From contig CAWAHW010000007.1 of NCBI GenBank assembly GCA_963781885.1, positions 192,001-256,000 of the forward strand: DNA of 64,000 bases, given 5' to 3'. A program made the translations under genes and the position numbers. The notes beneath the pieces are model-generated. The model was given only the letters and a program-made list of their open reading frames with translations. It was not told the origin of the DNA and did no database searches. How positions within the stretch are numbered: the stretch's first letter is position 1; every line of letters starts with the position of its first letter. This DNA is from an uncultured Spirochaetota bacterium. GTDB taxonomy: Bacteria; Spirochaetota; Spirochaetia; SZUA-6; Fen-1364. Below, piece after piece: positions 9,546 to 18,881 of this stretch.

Positions 9546-9935
9546 TCATGCCTTGACGCGGTATCGGGAGAGGGGGCGGTAATGCTGCGCGAGGGCGAGC
9601 CCGATGGCATCGATGGACGCCTCGAACTCTTCAAGGTCCATGGTGTCCGCCTCCAGCGTGTCGACGATGATGACGTTCTTTCCATCGACCGCATAGGCCC
9701 CGTGCACCATGTCGGTTGCGTTGAACCGCAGCAATTCCTCGAAGAACTTCTCCCTGCCCGTGGCGGGGACTTCCATCACGTGGATGCGGAGCACCACGAC
9801 GGGGTTGGAGAGGATGACGACGAGGTTTTCCAGCCCCCGCTGCTGGTCACGGACCACCCACGAACCCGGTCCTGCCTGGTGGAAGCTCAAGGAGAGCTTC
9901 GTGAGATACGCTTCGATCTTGTCATGGGAGATCAT
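9546..9935 (-). CDS. YbjN/CesT-like chaperone-fold protein
   Basis: EELLRFNATDMVHGAYAVD pattern, acidic 129 aa protein next to pspA. Confidence 0.7.
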   Translation of the reverse strand: MISHDKIEAYLTKLSLSFHQAGPGSWVVRDQQRGLENLVVILSNPVVVLRIHVMEVPATGREKFFEELLRFNATDMVHGAYAVDGKNVIIVDTLEADTMDLEEFEASIDAIGLALAQHYRPLSRYRVKA

Positions 9936-9945
9936 GGAGCCTCCC

Positions 9946-10497
9946 TCAGCCGAGGAACACCTGGCCGGCGTTGTCGATGGCGAGGATGGTTTTGCACTCC
10001 GAGCAGCGGAAGCGCCCGGCCTTGGAGGCCTTCAGCTTCTTGCTGCAGATGGGGCATTTGAATATCCGCGGGAACGTCGTTCCCTTGCCTTCCTCTCCGC
10101 GCGCCGCGAAGAAGGAGACCGCCTCGTCGAGGTTCTCCTTGATGTTGAAGAACTGGGAAAAACCCAGCAGTTGGAATACTTCATAGACTTTCGGCTGGAT
10201 CTCCAGGAGCACCAGGTCACCGCCGCGCGGTTTGACGGCCTTCAGGAATGCGGTGAAGGATCCGATTCCCGTGCTGGAAACGTAGTTCAGGCCGCTGCAA
10301 TGGAATATGAGCTTGATGAATCCCGTCTCGATCGCCTTGGCAACGCGCTTCTGGAAATAATTGGAATTGTACGTGTCGATGTAGCCGGTGAGATAGAGCA
10401 CAAGGCACCCTTCGGTGTCCTCGATTTTCTGGAGGCGGATTTTGAGGCTGTCGTCTTTTTCGTCGTCGAAGCCTGGAACAATCTCGTTGTTACTCAT
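9946..10497 (-). CDS. STAS anti-sigma factor antagonist with C-terminal Zn ribbon
   Basis: LTGYIDTYNS, LNYVSSTGIG; CPIC...CSEC. Confidence 0.9.
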   Translation of the reverse strand: MSNNEIVPGFDDEKDDSLKIRLQKIEDTEGCLVLYLTGYIDTYNSNYFQKRVAKAIETGFIKLIFHCSGLNYVSSTGIGSFTAFLKAVKPRGGDLVLLEIQPKVYEVFQLLGFSQFFNIKENLDEAVSFFAARGEEGKGTTFPRIFKCPICSKKLKASKAGRFRCSECKTILAIDNAGQVFLG

Positions 10498-10535
10498 GGC
10501 GCCCCTTTGCCTTCGAAATTCCCCTCATCCCTTCA

Positions 10536-10635
10536 ATTATAGCCACGGCGCAACCGAGCCGCAAGAGCTCATGTCTTGTGAGTCTCATTGTGTGATTTCG
10601 AAGACATTCTAAGTGTTTGACGGGCTTTTGTCAAA
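10536..10635 (-). promoter_or_regulatory. Tandem sigma70-like promoters of the STAS-pspA operon with an overlapping palindrome
   Basis: TTGACA-17-TAGAAT (10634..10606) and TTGCGG-17-TATAAT (10564..10536); TTTGAC-N8-GTCAAA palindrome at 10616-10635 over the distal -35. Confidence 0.6.
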
Positions 10636-10723
10636 TGGAGACGCCATTTCCGCGCGGAAAATGGACTTTCCCGGGCGGTATGCCGGCAGGGTATGGGCGC
10701 GGCTGTGCCCTGCGCCGAACCAC

Positions 10724-11384
10724 TCATTGGTTCGGGATCCCACTGCAGGGAGACGGCCGCCGTGTTGTAGGCGTCGTTTCCCGTGGCTGCTGCCGTCGGG
10801 GATCGCAGCTCGCCGCGGTAGCGGGCGGAGAGAAGCCACTGTCCCAGCCGGGAGCTGAGCCCCGCGGCGAAGACCCACGTGGAGAGGGAATCCGCCGGAT
10901 TCTGCGCATCGGCGTAGCGCCAGTCCAGGCCCGCCTCGATGCTGGTTCCCTTGCGCACAGTAAGGCTCACGCTGCCGGCGGCGCTCGCGGTGACGACGTC
11001 CTTGGACAGGCCGTTCGAATCGAGCATCGCGTAGTCCATCGACTTCAGGCCCAGCGCATAACCGAGCTTCCACGCGCTGCCGATGCGGACGGCACCGTCC
11101 TGCTCGATCCTGACATAGTCGTAGTCGCCGGACTGGTCGCCGGGCAGATAGTAGTCCTTGCCCGACAGGGTGAGGGCCAATCCGAACGCCGCCGGTCCCG
11201 CCGCCTCTTTCACCTGGAAGGTGACGAGGTTGCGCAGGGACGCCGCGAGGTACGTCTCGTCATCGGGGTCCTCCGCCGCGCCGCCCGCGGCCTCGTATTT
11301 CACGCTGAAGACGGGATAGGTCCAATCGAGACCGCAGGCGGGCAGACCGATGCACAGGAGGAGGAGGCACACACTTTTCTTCAT
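10724..11384 (-). CDS. Secreted beta-barrel-like protein; true 3' end probably obscured by a 1-nt insertion
   Basis: Signal peptide MKKSVCLLLLCIGLPAC; beta-strand pattern ending AVSLQWDP; removing one base at 10734-10736 gives WDPNQ*, whereas the ORF-track tail runs over the promoters. Confidence 0.55.
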
Positions 11385-11530
11385 ACGCCCATTATCGGCC
11401 CCGGCGGGACGAAGATGAGCAGCGCCTTCAGGTGCCGATATCGCGCGGCAGGGCCGCCGGGCGGATCCCCGGGCGGCTCCCGCGGGCTCACGGTATCCGT
11501 CTGGCCGATTCTCGGCTACTCTGGACCCTC

Positions 11531-12265
11531 ATGAGCAGTCAGAATGCCGACGTGCGCATCGTGCTGGTGAGGCCGCGGGACGCCGGTAATGTCGGCGCGG
11601 TCTGCCGCGCGATGAAATGCATGGGCTGCGGGTCGCTCGCCATCGTGCCGGACGGGCTCCTGGACCCGCGGCGCGCGCGCACCCTCGCGCATTACGCGGC
11701 GGACGTGCTGGACCGTGCGACGATGCACGCGACGCTGCGCGATGCAATTGGCGACGCGGTGCTTGTGGCCGGCACGACGCGTCGCCGGGGCAGGAACCGC
11801 AAGTATTTCAGCCTTTTCCCCGAGCAGCTCGCGCAGCGGATCGCGCAGATCCGCACGGGCGCCGTGGCCGTTCTTTTCGGCAACGAGGAGACCGGCCTCA
11901 CCGACGCCGAGCTTTCGCTCTGCGATGTCGCCGTGACGATACCCGCCACGCCGCGCTTCCCCTCGCTGAACCTTTCCCACGCGGTGCAGGTGATCTGCTA
12001 CGAGATATTCCGCGCGCTGCACGCGGACCACCTCACGCCCTTCACCCCCATCGGCGCGGGGGCGGTGGATGACCTGGTGGGCACCATCACGCGCTCCCTT
12101 GAGAGCATCGGGTTTTTTACCCAGGTCACCCCGGACCAGATGGGGGTGTTCTTCAAGGACATCATCGCGCGGGCGGGGTTGTCCGTGAGCGAAGGCCGGA
12201 GGCTGGGCGTCGTGTTCGGAAAAATCGCCGGCCTGGCCTCGAAGAACAGGGTGCCGGCGGATTGA
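11531..12265 (+). CDS. trmJ: TrmJ/TrmH family SPOUT RNA methyltransferase
   Basis: IVLVRPRDAGNVGAVCRAMK, FGNEETGLT, SLNLSHAVQVICYE. Confidence 0.85.
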   Translation: MSSQNADVRIVLVRPRDAGNVGAVCRAMKCMGCGSLAIVPDGLLDPRRARTLAHYAADVLDRATMHATLRDAIGDAVLVAGTTRRRGRNRKYFSLFPEQLAQRIAQIRTGAVAVLFGNEETGLTDAELSLCDVAVTIPATPRFPSLNLSHAVQVICYEIFRALHADHLTPFTPIGAGAVDDLVGTITRSLESIGFFTQVTPDQMGVFFKDIIARAGLSVSEGRRLGVVFGKIAGLASKNRVPAD

Positions 12266-12309
12266 CCCGGACCCGAATCCTCCATAGTATTGGCGCAAGG
12301 AGAGTTCCG

Positions 12310-12792
12310 ATGCGAAGATCCGTCCCAGTCATTGCGTGTGTCTTCCTTCTGCTCGGGTCCGGCTTTCTCCCCGCGCTCTCCCGCGCCGACCTGGACCGGG
12401 TGGTTGACATCAACGTCACCTTGAAGACCCTGTCCGAGGTCGCCGACGGCAAGGCCCCGCTTCCCGACGGCCGGCTCATCGTGCTGACGGGAACGGTCTC
12501 CGACGTGAACATCCTCAGCAAGGACCAGGCGACCTTCAAGGTGAGAATAGAGCTCCTGAGCGGCGAATGGTTCGGTGAAGAGGACGTGAAGGCATATGCC
12601 TGCTACGTCGAGTTCTCCGGGCCGGAGTACTTCAAGGTCTTCCCGGCGCGGCTTCCCGCCAATGCGCCTTCCGACCTCATCGGTCTCAGCACCCGGGTGC
12701 TCATCATCGGCAGGGCCGTGAGCGTCACCACGACCCCGCTGGGCGCCAAACGCGTGCTCGTCGACGGCGCGTACGTGCGGCCGATCGAATAG
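12310..12792 (+). CDS. Secreted hypothetical protein (possible OB-fold)
   Basis: Signal peptide MRRSVPVIACVFLLLG; LIVLTGTVSDV beta-rich pattern. Confidence 0.55.
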   Translation: MRRSVPVIACVFLLLGSGFLPALSRADLDRVVDINVTLKTLSEVADGKAPLPDGRLIVLTGTVSDVNILSKDQATFKVRIELLSGEWFGEEDVKAYACYVEFSGPEYFKVFPARLPANAPSDLIGLSTRVLIIGRAVSVTTTPLGAKRVLVDGAYVRPIE

Positions 12793-12823
12793 GCCACGTC
12801 GCGGCGCCCGCCGGGCGCGCGCA

Positions 12824-13948
12824 TCAGTCGAAACGCAGATGCCGTGCGTGGAGGGGTCCGCCCTCCGCCGCGAGCACGGCCCTCTCCAGCACATTTCGCA
12901 GCTCCCGGATATTGCCCGGCCAGTGATGGCCGCGCAAGGCCGCCCGCGCGTCCGGCGCAAGCTCCGTGTCCGGCCTGCCCAGCAGGCAGAGGAGATGGAC
13001 CGCAAGCAGGGGGATGTCGACCGCGCGCTCCCGCAGCGGGGGAATACGGATGGGCAGCACCCCGAGCCGGTAATAGAGGTCGCCGCGGAATCCTCCCGAC
13101 GTGACGTCGGCCTTCAGGTCCCTGTTCGTCGCGGAGACCACGCGGACGTCCAGCGGCAGCGCACGTGCGCCGCCCACGCGCGTCACCGATCGGCCCTCGA
13201 TCACGCGCAGGAGACGGCTCTGCGCGGCCGCTGACATTTCCCCGATTTCGTCGAGGAAAAGCGTGCCCCCGTTGGCCTGCTCGAAGCTTCCCGGCCGCGC
13301 CACCGCGTCCGTGTAGGCGCCCTTCTCCGCGCCGAAGAGCTCCGTCTCGATGAGCGTGTCCGGAATTGCCGCGCAGTTGATCGGCACGAAGGGCCCTGCG
13401 CGGCGTCGGGAAGCGTCGTGGATGAGCCGGGCCGCGAGCTCCTTGCCCGTGCCGCTTTCCCCGAGCAGCAGGATGGGCGATTCGGAGGCGGCATAGCGGA
13501 GGATGAGCTCCTTGACCGAGTGGATGCCCGCGCTTTCCCCGATCATGGCGTCCATGAGCCCCTGTTCCGGGCAGGCCGCGCGCCGCGCGTCGGCGCCCGC
13601 CACGGCGGTCCGCAGCGCGCCCAGGAGCTCCGGCAGCTCGTACGGCTTCAGGATGTAGTCGCAGGCACCCGCGAGGACCGCCTCCTTGACGATGCGCGGC
13701 GCGTTCATGGCGGTGAGCATGACCACCGGCGGGGCAAGGGGCTGGGCGGCGATCTGCTTCAGCGCGGAGATGCCGTCCATGTCGGGCAGCGTGATGTCCA
13801 GGAGCACGACGTCCGGGCGGTCCCGCTTCACGGCCTCGATGCCCTGCCGCGCGCTGTACGCCGACCGCAGGGTGTACGGGTCGGGCAGGACAAGGTCGAG
13901 AGTTCTCTGTGCTTGGGGATCGTCGTCGACGAAGAGCACTTTCACCAT
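12824..13948 (-). CDS. sigma54-dependent response regulator (REC-AAA+) without a Fis HTH
   Basis: VLFVDDD...LLDITLPD...KP; [30 protein letters not shown]; ends right after the AAA+ domain. Confidence 0.9.
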   Translation of the reverse strand: MVKVLFVDDDPQAQRTLDLVLPDPYTLRSAYSARQGIEAVKRDRPDVVLLDITLPDMDGISALKQIAAQPLAPPVVMLTAMNAPRIVKEAVLAGACDYILKPYELPELLGALRTAVAGADARRAACPEQGLMDAMIGESAGIHSVKELILRYAASESPILLLGESGTGKELAARLIHDASRRRAGPFVPINCAAIPDTLIETELFGAEKGAYTDAVARPGSFEQANGGTLFLDEIGEMSAAAQSRLLRVIEGRSVTRVGGARALPLDVRVVSATNRDLKADVTSGGFRGDLYYRLGVLPIRIPPLRERAVDIPLLAVHLLCLLGRPDTELAPDARAALRGHHWPGNIRELRNVLERAVLAAEGGPLHARHLRFD

Positions 13949-14061
13949 GGGAACGACCTTTTCAATGCACCGAGCATAGCCCAAAGGAGGGGCAGCGGCA
14001 AGCGGCGAAGGCGGCGCGGCTCGCTCCGTGGTCCATCGAGCCCTGGCAATTGTTCCAGTCG

Positions 14062-14107
14062 ACAACCATGATTGTGGCGAGAAAAGCTCCCGTACAACCC
14101 GGCTTGT
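14062..14107 (+). promoter_or_regulatory. Paired bEBP enhancer sites ACAA-N6-TTGT
   Basis: ACAACCATGATTGT (14062) and ACAACCCGGCTTGT (14094); same geometry as 17401/17433. Confidence 0.7.
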
Positions 14108-14183
14108 TGATTTTCTGCAAGGCGCGATATCGATCGATCGATAATTGTTTCTTCTGAAAAGACTTGCGACTGTTCCATAGGTT

Positions 14184-14199
14184 TGGCATGCAACGTGCT
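14184..14199 (+). promoter_or_regulatory. sigma54 -24/-12 promoter
   Basis: TGGCATG-CAAC-GTGCT, GG-N10-GC spacing. Confidence 0.7.
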
Positions 14200-14248
14200 T
14201 TGCATTTTATGGTCGCCGGCAATAGGCCGCGGCCTGAGGAGGCACGAG

Positions 14249-14926
14249 ATGCAGTATGGATCGAGGGTCGCGAGAGGGATCCTTTTGGCGTGTATCGGGG
14301 GATTGATCGCCATCTCCGGTCTGGGTGCGCAGACACGGGCGTTGCGCGTCCTGGCGGCAACGGGAAGCGCCGCTGAAATCACGAAGGCGCTCCAGGCGGG
14401 GGCGGATTTCAACGCGAGCGATTTCATCGGGGAAACGGCCCTCATGGCCGCCGCCGAGCGCAACCGGGACCCCAACGTCGTGCCGGCACTGCTGCGCTAT
14501 GGCGCGGTCGTGGACGCGCGCAACGGCTACGGTGAAACGGCGCTCATGTGCGCCGCGCAATTCAATGGGGATGCCGGGGTGATTGCGACGCTCCTCCAGG
14601 CCGGGGCTGACCCACGCGCGCGCGACACACTCGGCCGCACCACGGCGATGCACGCGGCGGCGTCGAATCCGTCGGTCGACGTCCTCCACGCGCTGATCCA
14701 GGCGGGGGCGGACGTGAACGCCATCGACGAAAGCGGCATGACCGCGTTGATGTTCGCGGCCTGGTCGAACCCGAATCCCGCGGTCGTCACCGCCCTGCTC
14801 GCCGCGGGCGCCGACGGCAGGGCGCGAAGCGCGGCCGGCAAGAGCGCATTTGAGTACGGGCAATCGAACCCCGCGCTTGCGGGCGGCGGCACGGTTCTCG
14901 CCTCCCTGGAAGCGGCGGCCAGGTAG
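14249..14926 (+). CDS. Exported ankyrin-repeat protein
   Basis: GAGGAGG RBS, signal peptide, repeated GETALMxAA...LLxxGAD ankyrin units. Confidence 0.9.
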   Translation: MQYGSRVARGILLACIGGLIAISGLGAQTRALRVLAATGSAAEITKALQAGADFNASDFIGETALMAAAERNRDPNVVPALLRYGAVVDARNGYGETALMCAAQFNGDAGVIATLLQAGADPRARDTLGRTTAMHAAASNPSVDVLHALIQAGADVNAIDESGMTALMFAAWSNPNPAVVTALLAAGADGRARSAAGKSAFEYGQSNPALAGGGTVLASLEAAAR

Positions 14927-14950
14927 ACCGTGGCCCACGGGAAAGGTGAG

Positions 14951-15175
14951 ATGGTCATGGCGGACGAAAACAATCAGCCGGCAAAGATCGGTGACTTCAT
15001 GGTGTCGATCGGTGCGATGAAGGCCTGGCAGGTGCAGGACGTGCTCCTGGAGCAGACACTCGGCGACTCGCGGATATTCGGCGAGATCGCGATCAGCTTC
15101 GGCTACATCGACGACGACGCGGTGAAGCGGTATCTGGATTCCCGGGTCGCAAAGTCGGCGGGCGCACGGGCGTGA
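14951..15175 (+). CDS. Stand-alone MshEN-like small protein
   Basis: KIGDFMVSIGAMKAWQVQDVLLEQ...RIFGEIAISFGYI resembles two RLGxxLxxxG...LxxQ motifs. Confidence 0.6.
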   Translation: MVMADENNQPAKIGDFMVSIGAMKAWQVQDVLLEQTLGDSRIFGEIAISFGYIDDDAVKRYLDSRVAKSAGARA

Positions 15176-15975
15176 AGGAGCCTGCGCGGCGGACCGCCCA
15201 GGCGGAGAAGCAGGCAGCACTCGGCATCCTGGGCGGCGGGTTGGCGCATGAGATCGGCAATCCCAACCAGGTGATCCGGCTCGGCGCGGATTTCTTCGCG
15301 CGCGCGTGGGGCGCGGCGGAGAGCGCGCTCGACCGTTCCGCCCGGGAGGACGCCGACCTGCGCGTGGGCGGCATCCCCTGGCAGCAGGCGCGCGCGGAGG
15401 TGCCTGCCGCGATCGAGAACATTCGCGCGGCCTGCGTGCGGATCGACGCCGTCGTGCGGGGCCTCGTGAGGTTCGCGCGCCCGGACAGCGACGCGCCGCC
15501 GACGCTTCTCGACCTGAATCTCGTCGTCACCGCGGCCCTGACACGGACCACGGCGCTCGTGCGACCCTGCCCGCGGCACATCGCCGTCGATCTTGCGCCG
15601 ACCCTGCCTCCCGTGCGCGGGTGCCTCGCGAAGATGCAGGAGGCGATCGTCAACGTAGTGACCAATGCCTGCCAGTCCCTGCGGTCACCGCAAGACGCGC
15701 TGGGCGTGTCGACCGCCTTTGACGACGGCACCAAAGAAGTGGTACTACTTGTCGTGGATGGTGGTCGCGGGATGAGCCCGGCGCAACTGCAGCAGATCAA
15801 GGATCCATTCTTCACGACGCGGCGCGAATCCGGCGGCCTCGGCCTGGGTGTCCCCATCGCCGATGCCATCATCACCGCGCACGGCGGCTCACTCGCCTAT
15901 GAGTCCACGGAGGGACGCGGCACGACGGCGATCGTGCGGCTTCCCGCGGACCCCGGGCCGGCGGCCGACGCATGA
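15172..15975 (+). CDS. Histidine kinase with no sensor domain (HisKA + HATPase)
   Basis: LAHEIGNP H-box about 25 aa from the start; NVVTNACQ, DGGRGM, DPFFTT, GLGLG. Confidence 0.85.
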   Translation: MKEPARRTAQAEKQAALGILGGGLAHEIGNPNQVIRLGADFFARAWGAAESALDRSAREDADLRVGGIPWQQARAEVPAAIENIRAACVRIDAVVRGLVRFARPDSDAPPTLLDLNLVVTAALTRTTALVRPCPRHIAVDLAPTLPPVRGCLAKMQEAIVNVVTNACQSLRSPQDALGVSTAFDDGTKEVVLLVVDGGRGMSPAQLQQIKDPFFTTRRESGGLGLGVPIADAIITAHGGSLAYESTEGRGTTAIVRLPADPGPAADA

Positions 15976-17387
15976 CGGACGCCTCCCCCGGCGCCATCTC
16001 CGTCCTCATCGTCGACGACGAGGAGGCGATCCTCCAGACATTCGCGGTCACGCTCCGGTCGGAAGGCATCGCGAACGTCTCCACGGAAAAGGACAGCACG
16101 CGCGTCATGGACCGCATCGCGCGCGAGCCGCCTGGTCTGATCCTCCTTGACCTCACGATGCCGCTCCTGTCCGGCCAGGAGCTGCTCCATCTCATCCACG
16201 AGAGTCATCCCCAGCTTCCGGTGGTCATCGTCACGGGAAACGCGGAGCTCGATACCGCGGTGGCGTGCATGAAGGCCGGCGCGGTGGACTACCTCGTGAA
16301 GCCCATCGATCGTCAGAAGCTCATCTCCACGGTACGCACCTACGGCGAGCTGCGCGAGCTGCGGGAGGAGAACGCCTCCCTCGCCCGGCACCTCTTCACG
16401 CGCACCCTGGAGCGGCCCGAGGTGTTCGAGCAGATCATCACGCGCGATCCGCGCATGCTCGCCCTTTTCCAGTACGTGGAAGCCGTCGCCTTCAGCTCCC
16501 ACCCCGTGCTCCTCACGGGCGAGACGGGGACCGGCAAGGACCTTTTCGCCGCGGCAATCCACCGGGCAAGCGCCCGGCCGGGCGAGCTGGTGACAATCAA
16601 TGCGGCGGGTCTCGATGACACGATGTTTTCGGACGTCCTTTTCGGCCATCGCAAAGGCGCCTTCACGGGGGCGGAGCAGCCGCTGCGCGGTCTCGTGGAG
16701 CGCGCGGGGACGGGCACGCTCTTCCTCGATGAGATCGGCGACCTGAGCCCCGCGTCCCAGGTGAAGCTCCTGCGTCTGGCCGAATCCGGCGAATACTACG
16801 CCCTTGGCACCGACGTCGTGCGCCGCTGCCAGGCGCGTCTGGTCGTGGCCACCAACAGGAACCTGGAGGAGGCCGTCGCGTCGGGGGCGTTCCGCTCGGA
16901 CCTCTATTACCGCCTCTCCACGCATCGCGTCTCGATTCCGCCGCTGCGCAGCCGCACCATGGATCTCCCCCTCCTGGTGGACAAGTTCGTGCAGAGCGCG
17001 GCGGAAGAGCTGGGCAAGGAGCCGCCGCTGGTTCCGCGCGCGCTGCTCGCGCACCTGCGCGTCTATGATTTTCCCGGCAACGTGCGGGAGCTGCGGTCGA
17101 GCATCCTGGACGCCGTGGGACGCCATCGCGAAGGGCCGCTCAGCGTGGAGCTGCCCGGCGAGGGCAATCGTGCCGGGTCCCTGCGGGAAGAGGCGCGGGC
17201 CGTCGTTGGATTCGGAGAATCCCTGCCGACGATCCAGCAATCGGTGCGCATGCTCATCCAGGAGGCGCTCAGCCGGTCGGGCGGAAACCAGACCGCGGCG
17301 GCGCGTCTCCTGGGAATCAGCCAGCAGGCGCTGAGCAAGCGACTGAAGGATTTCTCCCGGAACGAGGAATCGTCCGAAGACGTGTAG
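15972..17387 (+). CDS. NtrC-family sigma54 response regulator (REC-AAA+-Fis HTH)
   Basis: IVDDE, LLDLTMP, GETGTGKD, GAFTGA, FPGNVREL, GGNQTAAARLLGIS. Confidence 0.93.
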   Translation: MTDASPGAISVLIVDDEEAILQTFAVTLRSEGIANVSTEKDSTRVMDRIAREPPGLILLDLTMPLLSGQELLHLIHESHPQLPVVIVTGNAELDTAVACMKAGAVDYLVKPIDRQKLISTVRTYGELRELREENASLARHLFTRTLERPEVFEQIITRDPRMLALFQYVEAVAFSSHPVLLTGETGTGKDLFAAAIHRASARPGELVTINAAGLDDTMFSDVLFGHRKGAFTGAEQPLRGLVERAGTGTLFLDEIGDLSPASQVKLLRLAESGEYYALGTDVVRRCQARLVVATNRNLEEAVASGAFRSDLYYRLSTHRVSIPPLRSRTMDLPLLVDKFVQSAAEELGKEPPLVPRALLAHLRVYDFPGNVRELRSSILDAVGRHREGPLSVELPGEGNRAGSLREEARAVVGFGESLPTIQQSVRMLIQEALSRSGGNQTAAARLLGISQQALSKRLKDFSRNEESSEDV

Positions 17388-17400
17388 AGGCTGCTTGCCG

Positions 17401-17446
17401 ACAACCGACATTGTGTGAGCGCCCCCGGCACGACAACCTGTCTTGT
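17401..17446 (+). promoter_or_regulatory. Paired bEBP enhancer sites ACAA-N6-TTGT
   Basis: ACAACCGACATTGT (17401) and ACAACCTGTCTTGT (17433). Confidence 0.7.
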
Positions 17447-17522
17447 GTCCTGCCTACCTTTGCCAGAACAGGTCGAACTGTAAGCCCTTATGCGAAAAAG
17501 AATTATGCCATACCTGTCGCCC

Positions 17523-17538
17523 TGGCATGCGGATTGCA
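17523..17538 (+). promoter_or_regulatory. sigma54 -24/-12 promoter
   Basis: TGGCATG-CGGA-TTGCA, near-consensus. Confidence 0.8.
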
Positions 17539-17572
17539 TTTCAATGCGAATGACAGGTGGGGAGGTGAGCCC

Positions 17573-18133
17573 ATGAGAAGGGTCTGTGCATGGTGCAACA
17601 CGCCAATGAGTGACGACGCGCGCGCGGAAACAAGCGGTGAGCCGATCACGCACGGAATCTGCGATGCTTGCGCGGCTGTTTTCGGCAACCCGTACCGCCG
17701 TGCGCTGCGCGATTTTCTCGATTCGGTAGCGGAGCCCATTCTCGTCGTCGACGTGGCGGGCGTCGTCATCACGGCGAATGCCTGCGCGCGCGCGGCCCTC
17801 GGCAAGGACCTTGCCGACATGGAAGGCTTCCCGGGCGGCGACGTCTTCGAGTGCGTCAACGCGCGGCTCCCCGGCGGATGCGGGCGGACGGTGCACTGCG
17901 CCTCCTGCCAGGTGCGCAGCTCCGTGACCTACACGGTGGAGACGGGGTGCCCGCTCTGCAAGGTCGAGGCCTACCTCGACGTGGCCACCCCGCGGGGCTT
18001 CCAGAGGCGGCGTCTTCTCATTTCGACGGAAAAGGTGGGCGTCACGGTGCTCGTCCGACTGGATGCAATGCAGCCCGCGCTTGCCGGCGAGTTTGCACCC
18101 CTTGGATCCGGCTCTTCTTCCGCCGTGCCGTGA
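17573..18133 (+). CDS. Cys-rich stand-alone PAS protein with an N-terminal Zn-finger-like motif
   Basis: GGAGG RBS; CAWC...HGICDAC; FLDSVAEPILVVD...ANACA PAS start; ECVNA...GCG...CASC cluster. Confidence 0.7.
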   Translation: MRRVCAWCNTPMSDDARAETSGEPITHGICDACAAVFGNPYRRALRDFLDSVAEPILVVDVAGVVITANACARAALGKDLADMEGFPGGDVFECVNARLPGGCGRTVHCASCQVRSSVTYTVETGCPLCKVEAYLDVATPRGFQRRRLLISTEKVGVTVLVRLDAMQPALAGEFAPLGSGSSSAVP

Positions 18134-18137
18134 GCGG

Positions 18138-18881
18138 CTAACGGCCCCGCGCCCCGAGGCGCCATCGCCAGCGCGGCTTCGCAAAGCTCGGCCGCGCGTC
18201 GCGACCGGTCACCGGGTTTCCCGGCAGCACGGCAGAGGCGCCCTCGATCCAGACATTGATGTTGCGTGCCACCTCGCCATCCATCGCGATGCTCGCACCG
18301 TCGCATTCGATGACGTAGGACGGATAGGCCTGGTGGAGCTTCACCACCGTCCCGGGCCGGATCTGCAGCGAGGTGAGCCGGTGGAGCTGCTGGTCGCTGC
18401 GCGTGTAGACGTAGGCGACGCGCGCCGTCTGCCCGATGGCGAGCTCCGTGAGGGGCACGATGATCTTCTGCACGTAGCGCGCGGAGATGCGGCAGCATTC
18501 CCCTTCGGGGATGGGGAAGCCGTGCGGGCACTCCCGGGGGTGTCCCAGGAGCGTGCAGATGCCGTCCACGATCTCCGTCGCGAGGATATGCTCGAACTCG
18601 CAGGCCCCGGATTCGAACTCGCGGCCCATGACGTCGTGGATGAGCCGCTCGCCGATGCGGTGCGCGCGGATGAGCCTCTGCGCGTGCGCGATGCCGCTCT
18701 CCGTGAGCGCCACCTGCTCGCCGTCGCGCGTCACGAGGCCGTCCGCCTGCAGCCACTCCAGGTCCCGGGGCTGGAAGCGGTCGCGCAGGGAGGCGCGCAG
18801 CTCGTCCATGCCGGACGCGCCGCGCTCCCGCAGCTGCCACAGCCTTTCCAGCATCTCTTCACGGTCGGTGATCTGGTTCAT
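18138..18881 (-). CDS. DtxR/MntR-family metal-dependent regulator with a FeoA domain
   Basis: LTESGIAHAQRLIRAHRIGERL, ACEFEH, LGHPRECPHGFPIP, C-terminal FeoA-like domain; ATGA-coupled to feoB. Confidence 0.88.
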   Translation of the reverse strand: MNQITDREEMLERLWQLRERGASGMDELRASLRDRFQPRDLEWLQADGLVTRDGEQVALTESGIAHAQRLIRAHRIGERLIHDVMGREFESGACEFEHILATEIVDGICTLLGHPRECPHGFPIPEGECCRISARYVQKIIVPLTELAIGQTARVAYVYTRSDQQLHRLTSLQIRPGTVVKLHQAYPSYVIECDGASIAMDGEVARNINVWIEGASAVLPGNPVTGRDARPSFAKPRWRWRLGARGR

